A stretch of 60,424 nt of DNA. It comes from Octopus bimaculoides (Eukaryota). Below the pieces are notes generated by a model. It ran no database searches. It was not told where the DNA came from and saw only the letters and a program-made list of their open reading frames with translations. Position numbers and translations under genes: made by a program. Positions 12,372-25,051 of the stretch are shown piece by piece. The DNA lies in the NCBI RefSeq assembly GCF_001194135.2, contig NC_068982.1:155705973-155766396 (forward strand). Direction: 5' to 3'. The stretch's first letter is position 1. Each line of letters starts with the position of its first letter.

Positions 12372-15300
12372 GTAAGTAGTTTTTAGGGATTATAATTTTT
12401 TTTTGTCTTGAAGCTGTTATTAAAATATTTCTCTGTAAATGTGAATTTAATGGTGGCAAAAAGACTTTTATCAAATTTGAAAATTTTCTTGTATAAGAAA
12501 TTGTTTGAATAGTTGTTTAATAGGAGTGGAGGTAAATTTATTAATCTGGATTAAGGGAAGCATGATTATCTTGCTTCATTTCTCTAAAGTACAAAAAGTT
12601 ATCATGATCAACGGGCATTATTTTTTAATATTAAAATTAGTGAAATAAATTATTAATGAGAAGATAGTGGGTTTCTTTGAACATATAATGATATTGCAAA
12701 CAGAAATGTTATCTCTATGGTTCATGTGTGTTTATTTGCACATTAGTATTCAGTCAACACAATTTTATTTGCTTCTGAATTTACCAGCTTGTAGATCCAA
12801 CAACCATATATATATATATATATAAACAAAACATTCACAAAATGTTGACATTGAAAACTTTCATAAGAGAAGGGTACAACTTTTTGACCTTAGTTATTTA
12901 ATAGGTATTTCTCTGCAGTTGAAGAATCCCTTTTTAGATGAGAATTATTTTGGTTGTAAATGATGTTGAGTATTTTTTCCAAGAAGCATTAGTTTGCTAA
13001 CAGTAAAATTGGTGTCTTTGTTAGTGTACAGATTATTAATACTTAGAAACATCAGGACAGAAGTAAGCAGAAATAGCATCATGTATTAGGCTTAAAATAT
13101 TCTTTCCACATTCCAAGTTCATATTTCATCGCAGTTGACTGATCTGGATTGCGAAATATAAGCTACATAAATTATTTTGAAATAATTTGTTATATAGAAG
13201 ACACTCCTACTCTAGTTACTTAGTAATATTCTAGTTTGAAGTTAAATGTATTTCGATATTAAAATTTCTATTTTAGTTACTTTTGTATAAATGTTTTATA
13301 AATTTATGTAGTTTAATATTACTGCTGAGGACATGCGTAAGCTCACAAGGAATGAAGCCAGTATGCTCCGATGAATGTGTAATGTCTGTGCATACTCGAC
13401 AGTGTAAGTACCTTGAGAGAAAAGTTGAACCGAAGAAGCATCAGTTGTAGTGTGCAAGAGAGCCGATTGCGCTGGTATGGTCTTGTGGCTAGAATGGATG
13501 AGGATAGCTGTGTGAAAAAGTGCCACACCCTAGCGGTTGAGGGTACCTGTGGAAGAGGTAGACCCAGGAAGACCTGGGATGAGGTGGTGAAGCACGACCT
13601 TTGAACATTAGGCCTCACCAAGGCAATGACCGAGACCTTTGGAAATATGCTGTGTGTAAGAAAACCCGGCAAGCCAAGTGAGACCATAATCCGAGGCCTC
13701 TGCCAGGGGTGTAACCAGCCAACTTAGGCGTACCTTTCCGTCATGGGACACTAAACTCCACTTGCGAAGACCTGTTGACGCAAGTGAAATTGAAATCGAA
13801 CCAAATTCGACAACTGGCATCCATGCCAACATCTCCTTCATTGGACACTAAACTCTGCTTGCGAAGACCTGTTGGGGCAAGTGAAAGCGAAATCGTGATG
13901 GCACCTGTACCACTGGAGCGCTAAGAGCACCGTTCGAGCGTGATCGTTGCTAGAGCAGCTATCTGGCTTCCGTGCCAGTGGCACGTAAATAGCACCATTT
14001 GAATGTGATCGTTACCAGTGTCACCTTCCTGGCACTTGTGCTGGTGGCACATGAAAAGACATTCGAGCGAGGTCATTGCCAGTGCTGCTGGACTGGCTCC
14101 TGTGCAGGTGGCACATAAAATACACCATTTTGAGCGTGGCCGTTGCCAGTACCTCCTGACTGGCCTTCGTGCCGGTGGCACATAAAAGCACCCACTACAC
14201 TGAGTGTTAGGAAGGGCATCCAACTGTAGAAACTCTGCCAAATCAGATTGGAGCCTAGTGTAGCCGTCTGGTTCGTCAGTCCTCAGTCAAATCATCCAGC
14301 CCATGCTAGCATGGAAAGTGGACGTTAAACGATGATGATTTTCATAGCTGGCACTATTTAAATTTTTATCATGTCCAGTTTTCCATGGTTGAATGGAACT
14401 TATTGAGGTGGATTTTCTACAACTGGATTCCCTTCCTGTCGTCAGTCCTAACCTATTTCCAGGCAAGATATTTCCCCATGACCAGGCACTTTTTCATGGA
14501 CGATTTGAGATAGACATTACCTGCATCATGGTGACACTTGTTTACAACTATCACATGATGTCAAAGCAAGGAGACAATAACCCACTCTCTTCAATTTTTG
14601 TTTGCCAAATCCACTTAAAGGCTTTGGTTGGCCTGGGGCTATAGTAGACACTTGCTCAAAGTACCACACAATGAAACTGAATCCAAAACCATGTGGTTGG
14701 GATGCAGACTTCTTACCACAGAGCCATATCTGCATCGAACCAGAATTTAAATGCCAGTTTTAATTGTTGCCTTTAGCATGGAAAGCAGACATTAAATCAT
14801 GACAAATTAAAATATTTTAATTAATACACAAATATCTTAGAGAACCAAATCATAAAAGATATAAGAATATTACATATCAGCTTTTGAAGAATGAGATATG
14901 CTGTTAAATCTTAGTTTACTATAATTTATGATAATGATTGGACATATTAGAACTTGTTTTAGGATATCACTTGTAAAAACTTAATCTTTTTATGGTTCAT
15001 ATATTTACATCTGTTAAAGCCAATTGTTTCTAATTTTCCTATATCTAATAAGGATGTTCTTATGTCTTAAAGTATTCAATGGTCATAGAAGACCTTACTA
15101 GTTGATAGCTAACTGCTTACTTCACTTCAGTGTTCTTTAGTTCTTGCATATAGTTGTCTGCAAACTGTTTCACAACTGCAGACAATGGTTGTGAGGTTAA
15201 GATACTGATCTACTGACATAGAGGTTCAGTTGTTAGTACTATCACTGTGTTATGCTTCAAGCTTTTAATTTATCATTGTGGACTTTAAACTGTAAAAAAT

Positions 15301-18300
15301 ATTGCTTCAATTGGTAAACCATTCCATCCTGAAAAGTTAATACAACAGCAAGTCTTTAATAATCTGGAACTTTAAAGAAAATATGTCATTTCTTTTTTTT
15401 TTCTTTTTGATCAGTTTTACATTTAAGAAATTTGTTTGATATTATTAATTCACATTTTGGAGCACTGTTTGTTTATCTCAAGATTTAATGTAATTTAACA
15501 ATTGCATTTGTTTTTTTATTTCAGATTATGGATTTTTTAAATTGGAATGCAAAACAAAAACATCAAAAGGAGTGTCCCTTACGACTAGTGGAAGTTCTAA
15601 CAGTGAATCAGGGAAAGTTAATGGCAGTCTAGAGACCAAATACAAATGGGAGGAGTATGGTTAGTATATTTGTCTGTCTTTTTCTTTGTGAATTTCTAGT
15701 TCAAATCCTTCCCAGGTTGACTTCTTCATACTTCCAAGTTCAATAAAACAATTTCAAGTCAAATAGTGAAGTAAACCTTATCAGCTGTATGCTTCCTCTT
15801 AAATTTGTAACTTGGTAGTAAAAATCTTTATTGAAAGTAAATTAATCTACAGATATTGAGTAAACTAATATTTTAGACAATATTTTACTATTGTAAGTTG
15901 TGTGCACTAAATGTCATCCAGTATTTAATTACATCTCTTGATATTCAGGGATTAATTTTACTAGTGCTAACATTTTCAGCACGACCTGAGTAGAAAAATT
16001 GAAAAAAAAAAAAAATTTTCCCAGTAGAAATAGATGGCTTGCAGGAGAATTGTCTGTATATATTGCTAAATAAAATTTCTGCATAGTTGCAACTGATGCC
16101 TCTAAGAGCTATGAAATTTAGTCTTTCTTTTTTTTCTTTCTTTTTTTTAAAATAATTTTTTTTTTTCAAGTTTTAAGTTCAATATTGTATTTTGTTCTTG
16201 ATGTTTCACTAAAGTATTAGCTCATTGAAGGATTGTTAAGTGTATAGATTCTAAATACCTTCAATAACTGGTATGAATTTCTTGGAAATTTTGATGTTTT
16301 CAGAACTTTTGAAATGGATAAACATTAATTGAAAAGAGCGCTTATTTGCTATTCTTGTGTTTAGGTATGACATTTTCTGAAAAATGGAACACTGACAACA
16401 TCTTGGCTACAGAAATCACTGTTGAAGACCAAATTGCTAAGGGATTAAAAGTTTCCTTTGATACATCATTTGCTCCTCAGACTGGGTATGTAATTTTACT
16501 TTTGATCTAATTTGGTTAGGTATTATGTATTAACTTCACTGTCCTCTTATAAACATTGCTCCGTATAACATCACCAGTCACTGCTCAATAAACTCCTTCA
16601 TGCAAATATCAGTGATATACAACCTCCCAGACTTGCAGTTATGAATAGAAACCTTGCAAAGTTTCTGCAGTGGGATAAGACAGCCTAATCTCATTAACAA
16701 TGCCAAGAGTCTGTATCAAGGAAGCAGTCTTGCAACACTACACCTTCCTTACTCAAGAGCAATATACTTAAAATTGTTAAGGTACCCACTCTTGTGTGAA
16801 AACTGCTTCAAAAAGGGCTAAACTTTTCTTTACAATCAGAAATATGGTAACTGACCCTCTGCAAATGTCATGTAAGAACCATATTCAAGTAATATGTAAG
16901 TGTGGCTGATCAAACTGAACACAATGCCCCCGGGTATTATGCATTAACATGCTTGCCCACTGACATTGCCCTTTCTTCTAGTTTCTGCTCCAAATAAACC
17001 AGCATCTGTGTACTGCTTCCACCCAATTGCACTTGATACACTTCAAACAATTCTTCCCTAATTCTTTTTCTCCAGAACTGCAAATTTTTGGAACTTTCTT
17101 TCTACCCATGTGTTTCCTACATAAATAGGTCCTCTGTATGTACTGCATTGACCTCATTAGTTTGGGAGGGGCTTACAAAAGTCCTGGGCATTACAATTCC
17201 CTCTTCCATTTCAATTTAAATATTAAAGAATATTTGAACTTTAATGCAAGTATAGCCTCAAATAACCTATCCAATTTGTTACATTCAACCTTCATTTACT
17301 TGTATCAGTCTACTCCTTATTTGGTCTAGTGGTTAGGTTGTTGGGCACATAATTGAGGTGAGTTTGATTCCTGGACCAGACAGCAGTGCATTGTATTCTT
17401 GAGCAAAATTCTTTTGTGTTACTCTGGTGTACTCAGCTGAGTACTGATGCAGCCTGCTCTTTCTCCAGCTGTCATATTTTGTGAATGGCTCTGCTGAGTC
17501 AATGGTGGGAGAACTGATTGTGTGTCTGTCTGTTCATGACAACATTGGTACACCTAAAGTTATTAGTGAAAGCATGATGCTTCCTACTAAGTCATGCCTT
17601 GAAAGTGACAGCTGATTTTTTGTTTTTTAGATTTACTCTTTAATAGGCTTTGCATTTTAGCAAAGTGACAAACACTTTTTTCTATCCATTATTATGTTTT
17701 AGATAACCCACAGATGGAATATACTAGATGTTATCAATCCTATTGAGAAAATTTACTCTAAAATGTTTAATTTATTAAAGTTGCTCAGTATAATGTGTTG
17801 TCACTTACATATGTTGAATTAAAAATTAGCTGTAGAATAAAGTCATGTAATATATTTAGAATATATATCTTTTAATGTGTTAGGGCATTATATCAGGAAA
17901 TATAGCTGTTACATTAGTTATGTATATGTAATATATTTAGAACTTATATATCCTTTAATGTGTTAGGGCATTTGTCAGGAAATATATAGCTGTTACATTA
18001 GTAATCTGGCTGTCATTGGTTCTCTTTGAGATATGGTATAATGTAAGTTATTGGTAGTCTACTACAGAGCTATTGTTGTAACCTAAGAATATTTAAATAT
18101 CTGTTTATATACTGTATAAAGAAAAAATTAAACAAAAAAATGAAATGAGTAATATTGAAATTTTGTATAAACAATGAAAACTGATTAAATGTTTGCAATT
18201 TTTTTTTCTTTTTTTTTTCAGTAAAAGAAGCGGTAAAATCAAAACTGGTTACAAAAATGATTATATCAATGGTGGTGTGGATGTTGACTTTGAATTTGCA

Positions 18301-21300
18301 GGACCTACAGTCCATGGTGCTTTAGTACTAGGGTAATGAAATATAATTTAATCTGTCTTCTCTGTATTTAAATATATTTTCATGTGCCATTTGAACCATT
18401 CCAGTCTGGCATTCACTATTGTTACATCACCCAGCTTATCTTAGAAGATTTTAAAAGCTTGTGGACACTATCCTACTTTTTACTTTTGTGCTAACCTTAA
18501 TTTCTATAAATCAAGTGCTAATAAAACAAACCTCTAAATCAAAAAACAAGCCATAAAAATTTGATTTATTTGAAGGTTTGTTTTTATTAGCACTTGATGA
18601 ATCTATAGTTTTCTTAATGCATTTATGACTGTTTATTTCTCTTCAGAATTCACTACCTGTGGTTTAATTTTCAGAATTACCATATTCAAAGTTAAGGAAA
18701 TCACTATCATCATCATCATCATCATCGTTTAACGTCCACTTTCCATGCTAGCATGGGTTGGACGATTTGACTGAGGACTGGTGGACCAGGTGGCTACACC
18801 AGGCTCCAATCTGATTTGGCAGAGTTTCTACAGCTGGATGCCCTTCCTATCGCCAACCACACCGAGTTTCATGCCAGCATGCATTGGATACTTTGATGGG
18901 CTCTGATGAATCTTAGGACTATGATCCAGTGCCTCTTTGGCATGGTTTCTACAGCTTGATACCTTTTCTAATTCCGATCACTTCAGTGTGTACTCAGTGC
19001 CTTTTTTTTTTCTTTGTGTTACTAGCACTCATGAGGTCGCCATGTAGCTTGCATGACTATAAGTGTTGAATGGGGAGGGGAAACTTAAGAGAATGAGTAG
19101 AGGTGAGTAAAGTATGAGAGAAAAGGAGCAGAGCAGGGTTCATGTTGAAGAGGAGCTACATGATTATTCATGTGGAGAAGGTGGGGTGTGGAGCTGGAAA
19201 GTGATATAAGTAACGAGCAGAGGGGAAGTAATAAAGATCTTCTGTAAACTCAAATTCATGTGCAAATGGCATAGTATATAGTGTTTTAGTGAAATCATTG
19301 TCACTAATGCAGTAATAGAATTTAAATATTTTTGCTTTTGAATATGAATAAACTTGAGCAGTCTCAAGTGCTTAGGCATCAAGGAATAGGTAATGAGTTG
19401 GCTACACTTTGTATAATGGAAAATTAGCTTCATATATAGTAAAAAAAAAAAAAAAATTTTATCAAGTTATAAAGCCACTTTTTAGTATTTAGATGAAGTA
19501 CATTTTCAACTAACAGAAACATGTATGTACGGCACTTATCTTTTAGGTTAAGCTAACAATACTTAATCATTTATCTACTCTTAACATTTTCCACCTGTAA
19601 TATATGCTGTTGCTTTCAATTTTTCTGTTATTATATATTATATAACTTGCTCTCTGTTTACAGATACATGGGATGGTTAGCTGGTTATCAGATGTCTTTT
19701 GATACGTCTAAGTCCAAGCTTTCTCGTAGTAATTTTGCAGTTGGATATTCTGCTGGTGACTTCACTCTGCATACGAATGTGTAAGTTTTATCTTTTGTGT
19801 CTCTTATGTAACTAGGGTGTTGTAAGATTGCAAACCAAGATGAGACCTACAAATTTGAATGGTTTTATAGAATTAAAGCGAATGTTAGATATGCAGTATT
19901 AATCAACAAGTGAGCTGAGAAAGTGTTGCATGAGCATGTAAAGGAAATGCATGTTGAGTGTTTCTGGGATATTGAGTTAAAAGGCCATATGACTAGATCT
20001 TGTAACCTACAATGGAATTCTGTTTTAGTATTGCCTGCTTAATCTCCTAAACTTGGATCCTGAGAATTCATAACAATTGTGAAAAAAGTCTTAGTGCTTA
20101 AAAGATTAACACTGAGCCAGTATGGTGGTTGTCATCTTCAAAAGAGGAAACTTGTATTTTTAGTTTATAATTTTATGGAAAAACAAAAGGGAGAAATATT
20201 TTTCTACCCATTTTTATAGTGCTGTACTGATCCATATGCTTCTACAATAACAAATTAAGATACTGTATATTTATCCCATAGGATTTAAATCTTAAAAAAA
20301 AAAAATCTTGATTTCTTTTTTTTTTTTTTTTTTGTTGGAAACTTTAAGATCCTGTGTAATAAGAAAAATCAGTCTTTTCTGTACAAAAAGTGGTGGCAGT
20401 GTATTTTGTTGTTCAGTGTTTTTTTTATAATCTTTTATGATTGCAGTCTTTATAAATTATGCCAAAAAGTACTTTTATGCAAAAGATTGAGTTTATATTA
20501 GTTTAAAATGTGATAAACTTGTCTATATCTCTTGTAAGTACTATATTTTGAACAGGTAGCCCATGAATAAATTTCCAAACTATATTGATCATTATTACAG
20601 CTTCCAGCTTCATCAGAATAAATGGAGATAGCATGTCTTTTAATATGAAATAGTTGGACAGTATTCTTCATTGAATTACGATTGTTTCAATATTTTGATA
20701 ATGCATTGTGGGTTCAGTTCTCAGATTGTGTGGTGTGGTGTGTTGTGTTCTTGAGCAAAACACTTCATTTCACATTGTTGTGGTGGGTGGGAGAGTGCCA
20801 GAATTGCATGTCAGCAGAAATGCTCTATGGTATATCCTTTGGCTCTCAACATTCTGAGTTCAAATTCCACCTTCTTGGAGAAGGCAATGGAAAATTATTC
20901 TAATATTTATCTCGTGTCTAGTCATGGATGGTAGTAGTTCCAGTAGTCTACTTAATGGTGGCAAGGGAGGGTATGAGTTCTCCGAGGTCGTATAGAGAGT
21001 GCTAGAGAAGGTTAACAAGCACTTCACCTGTCTGAAGGCAGACCATTATGAGACTGGATATCCTTATTACAAAGTGAATAAGGTGGTGAGCTGGCAGAAT
21101 TGTTAGCATGCCAGGCGAAACGCTTAGCAGTATTTCCTCTGCTGCTACGTTCTGAGGTCGACTTTGCCTTTCATCCTTTCGGGGTCAATGAAATAAGTAC
21201 CAGTTACACACTGGGGTCGATCGAATCGGCTCTCCCTTCCCCAAACTTTCAGGCCTTGTGCCTACAGTAGAGAAAGAATTATTACAAAATAAGTGAAAAT

Positions 21301-24300
21301 TGCAATGTATATGTCTTACAATTCTACCTAAATCACTTCCCCCAAACAAATACAACTATCAAATGTTGACAATATAATTGATTAGATTTAAATAAAAATA
21401 AGGCAGTTTTCTATATTCAATGCTACTGAGTTATCTTGAAAACATTTTAGAGATGTGCCATATTATGATTAATTTCTATACCTATGTAATTGTTTCTTTC
21501 TACAGAAATGATGGAACAGAATTTTGTGGTTCTATTTATCAGCATGTGAACCCCAAACTTGACATTGGTGTTAACTTGTCTTGGACATCCAATAGCAATG
21601 TCACTAGGTTTGGTTTAGGTGGTAAATACATCTTGGATTGTGATACTTCAATCTCTGTAAGTATATTTCTGTTTTTTATTAAAAAAAAAAACCCAAATCC
21701 ATCATGTTCGTGGCTAGGACTATTTCTTTGTTTTCATTGTTTGTATACTTGTTTAAGTATTTTCCTTCAATTTTCTATAATAGCTCGGGAGGAAAATTTT
21801 ACATGAATTTAGTGGATTTTAAGTGAACATGAACTTCCAACTGTTCAAAGATGATCATATTGAACAATGAATTTCCAGTGATTTAGAGTTTATAAACATC
21901 AAACCTAATTCAGTAATTTCTGATTTATGAATGTGTTAAAGATATTGTCTTATCAACATGACTGGAAAAGGGATGAGTTGTGTGTCCTATTACAAGGAAA
22001 GTTGGAGTTAGTGCACATATTAAACTGATGAACTAGATATTTAATGTCTTGTTCAAGGCCTATTTTACTAAAATTAAACTAGCAGTATTTTCTCCATTTT
22101 CACTTCTCAGGTGATATACATGAATTGAGTTGGTTATATATATAGTGCGCGCGCGCGTGGGTGTGGGCGTGGGCGTGTGCGCATGGGCGTGCGCTGAAAA
22201 GTTCCTGGCTTTGGGTAAAAGAGAATACAGGAGGCTCAATTATGATTTTGTTCAACATATTCTCCTCAGATTCACACACTTATTGCAACAACCTTTCAGT
22301 TTTTCTAAGCCCTGTAAAAGAACTTGGAAGGTTGCTCCTCCAATGAGGCCTTATGCAATACCCTTTCAGCACTCCCTTGTACACACACATTAGAAAAGTA
22401 GATTTTTGTAATCTAAACAAAAAGCTGTAGATTAGACTCGATGAGCATGATTAAAAAGAAAAGTATCTTTTATTTTAAGCATTAGTTTTTTGGAAGGTCT
22501 TCAGTTATCTCCTACATTTTCCTTTTATGCTATTAGACTGGCTTTTTAACAGCTAAAGATTTACCTTTATAATTAAAAGAATAACAAGAAAGCAATTTAA
22601 AGAACATTTTCTATATCTTTTACAATTTGATGAATTTTTCATGTATGAAAGTAAAAGGATAGTAAAAGTTTTATTTCAACATAGTCAAAGAACACAATTT
22701 TAACTACATAATTATTAATAAACAAGGGTAATTGTATGCATTATGTATTTTTTCATTTTTCTGGTTGAATTTTTTTTCTTGTTTAAATAATGCTCTTTGT
22801 TTGGATGATATGGATTATCATATCATTTAAGCATGAACAGTCATTTTAGAATGAATCAATTTATATTTTCAGCTATTTAATTGTTTATATTTTTATTTTA
22901 ATGCAGGCTAAAATTAACAATTCTAGTCAACTTGGACTGGGTTATTCTCAAAAGTTGAGAGATGGTAAGATATATTTTTTTCATAGTTGTGATTATATTG
23001 CATAAAGTTGGAAATGATCAAAAATACGAACGCTATATCGGTTTAAGAATTTACAAATGTTCAAATCCTCATATGTCAGCAATTCTTTCATAGATTTTGT
23101 CATCTAAAGTTGTTTCATATCTGTCTTTTTTTTGTATAGTTTATCCTGCATACAAGAATAATTTAGTCACCTTTGATTTTAAAGTGTTCTCTTATACAAA
23201 GTGATGCAGTTGTTAAAAAAAGAAATGAATTTTCTTAGAAGTGTTGTTTGTCCTTAGTGATTGAATCAGTTGGAATATGAATGGGCTTATGATAATGTAT
23301 CCCAAGTGACACCAACAGAGATTAGCTATTGAGGGTGCTCTCTGCCCATTTAAGCAATCAGAATGTAAGTTCAAGGTTATATATTGAAAGCATCAAGCTA
23401 TGTAGGTGCTATACTAATCTCCTGAATGAGATTGCCGTTGATTAGCTCTGGGTTAACCCCAATCAAACAGATCAGTAATCATGCTAATTGTGACTATATC
23501 CAATCACTTAGAAAAGGACACATTGAATAATGAGGTCATGCATTAGTGTTGAAGATGATAGGATGTGGTTTGAAGATGATTTGGCTGCTCTTTTTAGCAG
23601 TTGAGGGACTCTCACAGAGATTCCCTTGTTGGTTTGAAGTTAGGGTATTGCAGGGAAGTGCTATCCCAATGACTTTCATAAATATAACCAATAAATACTG
23701 CAAAGGCTATGCACTGAAAAGACATTTACAGAATCTGTAGACTAATGACCATATGTTGAAAGTAGTTGTCGTAAACTTACCTGGGATAAGATTCAGTTTA
23801 GGTTAGAGCCACAGATGTTATACAATTGGGGGAAAATGAGATGTTCTATCAATAGTGAAACTCAGCAATAGAGCTAAGTACTCTATAAGTTGACAAATGC
23901 AAAGCTGAGTGGATGCTAAGGAAACTGGTGTAGATTAATAGGTTATCAGAACTGTTGATGTTATATAGGTATACTTTGTCAGGTTTGCCAGCAAATCTAT
24001 AGAAGAATTACATGTTACAGGGTAGAATAAACTACTCACAACTTAATTGATGTGAGTGATAGTTTGTGATTCTTGGTAAATGGTCTGGTCAATATACTAC
24101 AAATGGCAGCCTAATCACCCTCTTGTTATCTACTGTCTAAAAAGAGTAAAGACATTGCATATAATGTAATTCTAGGTTTGTTACCAATAAAATAATGGTT
24201 GCCTTTTGATCTTGAGCTAAGCAATTAACACTGGAAGTAAGCCAAAGTGTAGTGAGAGTTCAGAGAGCTAATAGCATCAGTCTATCTTTATGCTAAAGGC

Positions 24301-25051
24301 ATGTCCCACATGATGCTGCTGTATGATAGTGAGATATGGATAGTGAATGTAAAAGTCCTATAATAGTTGGAGAGAATTATGGATGTGAAGTGTTGACTTG
24401 CCCAAAATGTTGCTCACAAGTGATCTGAGTGGTTATGGAGATGTGTGAAATCTACTGTGGTGGTATGAATGGGCAGTGGATACTATGGAATGCTTTCTAG
24501 AGATCAGTTGGAAAAACTGGTATTGTGTAGCCAGTTCAAACATAGTGATAATCATTTCTTTGTCTTGATTTTATGATATCAACAACCATTTTGAATATTA
24601 TCACTTGTCTAGATGGCACAGTTGAACTTCGTGATTAATTTACCTAAATAGAATTTATCTAATGCAAATAGGACAAAGGGACTGGGTATCAAGTGTGTTG
24701 GTTATTGTATATTCGAGCGGCAGCTGAGTGATAAAATATTAGCATTGATGTTAGGAAGGAACATAGATGTGGAAAACCTTGGAAAGGAATAAGCAATTAG
24801 TAGTGGCTGACTAGCTTCATTGTAAACAGTTTATTGCTAGAATAGAAAAATACTAAAATGGATCTCAGGTAAGTAAATTGAAGTATATTAAAAGTAAGTT
24901 TTGATATGTATGTCATTTAAATACGTTTTCTAAAATTCTAATATTTCTATTTGTTTTAGGTGTTGTATTGACTTTGTCTACTCTGGTGGAAGGCAAAAAT
25001 TTCAATGCTGGTGGACACAAGCTTGGTTTGGGACTTGAGTTATCTGCATAA
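12308..25051 (+). CDS. VDAC: Voltage-dependent anion-selective channel (mitochondrial porin), 8 coding exons, 282 aa
   Basis: Manual splice: 12308-12371, 15525-15659, 16365-16485, 18222-18332, 19664-19780, 21506-21656, 22907-22964, 24960-25051. Total 849 nt, all GT-AG, frame continuous. Protein: [282 protein letters not shown]. Hallmark VDAC motifs: PPx[22 protein letters not shown]. Confidence 0.97.
13330..14339 (+). mobile_element. 5'-truncated RTE-clade LINE (end of RT ORF + long repeat-containing 3' UTR + (GAT)n tail) in a VDAC intron
   Basis: ORF 13413..13604 reads [21 protein letters not shown]...[17 protein letters not shown], the canonical RTE C-terminal signature RLRWFGHV.RM...GRPRKTW. 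Confidence 0.88.
14590..14726 (-). mobile_element. SINE family C head
   Basis: Similar to 1135-1253. Confidence 0.7.
15525..15659 (+). CDS. VDAC: VDAC coding exon 2 (NYGFFK...KYKWEEY)
   Basis: Acceptor tttttttatttcag, donor gttagt at 15660; phase 1/1. Confidence 0.95.
16365..16485 (+). CDS. VDAC: VDAC coding exon 3 ([12 protein letters not shown]...FAPQTG)
   Basis: Acceptor ttcttgtgtttag, donor gtatgt at 16486. Confidence 0.95.
17848..18002. repeat. ~80-bp tandem duplication in VDAC intron
   Basis: TAATATATTTAGAA..ATATATC.TTTAATGTGTTAGGGCATT..TCAGGAAATATAGCTGTTACATTAGT x2. Confidence 0.85.
18222..18332 (+). CDS. VDAC: VDAC coding exon 4 ([11 protein letters not shown]...HGALVLG)
   Basis: Long poly-T acceptor ending cag at 18221, donor gtaatg at 18333. 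Confidence 0.95.
18706..18870 (-). mobile_element. RTE 3' tail (family B), antisense in a VDAC intron
   Basis: (ATC)n-GTTTAACGTCCACTTTCCATGCTAGCATGGG...GGATGCCCTTCCTA, the reverse complement of 14207-14339. Confidence 0.85.
19664..19780 (+). CDS. VDAC: VDAC coding exon 5 ([10 protein letters not shown]...FTLHTNV)
   Basis: Acceptor tctctgtttacag, donor gtaagt at 19781. Confidence 0.95.
21079..21285 (+). mobile_element. tRNA-derived SINE family A (B box deleted in this copy)
   Basis: GGTGAGCTGGCAGAATTGTTAGCA...GGTCGACTTTGCCTTTCATCCTTTCGGGGTC...AAGTACCAG. Confidence 0.85.
21506..21656 (+). CDS. VDAC: VDAC coding exon 6 ([12 protein letters not shown]...DTSIS)
   Basis: Acceptor tttctttctacag, donor gtaagt at 21657; lies inside the ORF-track entry 21420..21806. 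Confidence 0.96.
22190..22400. mobile_element. Mariner-like terminal fragment
   Basis: GCTGAAAAGTTCCTGGCTTT resembles a mariner TIR; the outer end is overwritten by a (GC)/(GT) tract. A similar relic lies at about 17160-17330. Confidence 0.4.
22907..22964 (+). CDS. VDAC: VDAC coding exon 7 ([19 protein letters not shown])
   Basis: Acceptor ttttaatgcag, donor gtaaga at 22965. Confidence 0.95.
23690..24420 (+). mobile_element. Highly decayed RTE LINE RT fragments
   Basis: Broken translation resembles LEVVDKFxYLGDxIS (about 23750) and MLYxSETW (about 24310). Confidence 0.4.
24960..25051 (+). CDS. VDAC: VDAC terminal coding exon (GVVLTLSTL...[12 protein letters not shown])
   Basis: Acceptor tttgttttag ends 24959, TAA at 25049-25051. 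Confidence 0.95.

Noticed and set aside
16540-17130. Hidden exon or nested gene in a VDAC intron
   Set aside because: All frames are interrupted. At most it is a very decayed antisense retroelement fragment.
21420-21806. 128-aa ORF as an independent gene
   Set aside because: It is VDAC coding exon 6 (21506-21656) plus intronic read-through.
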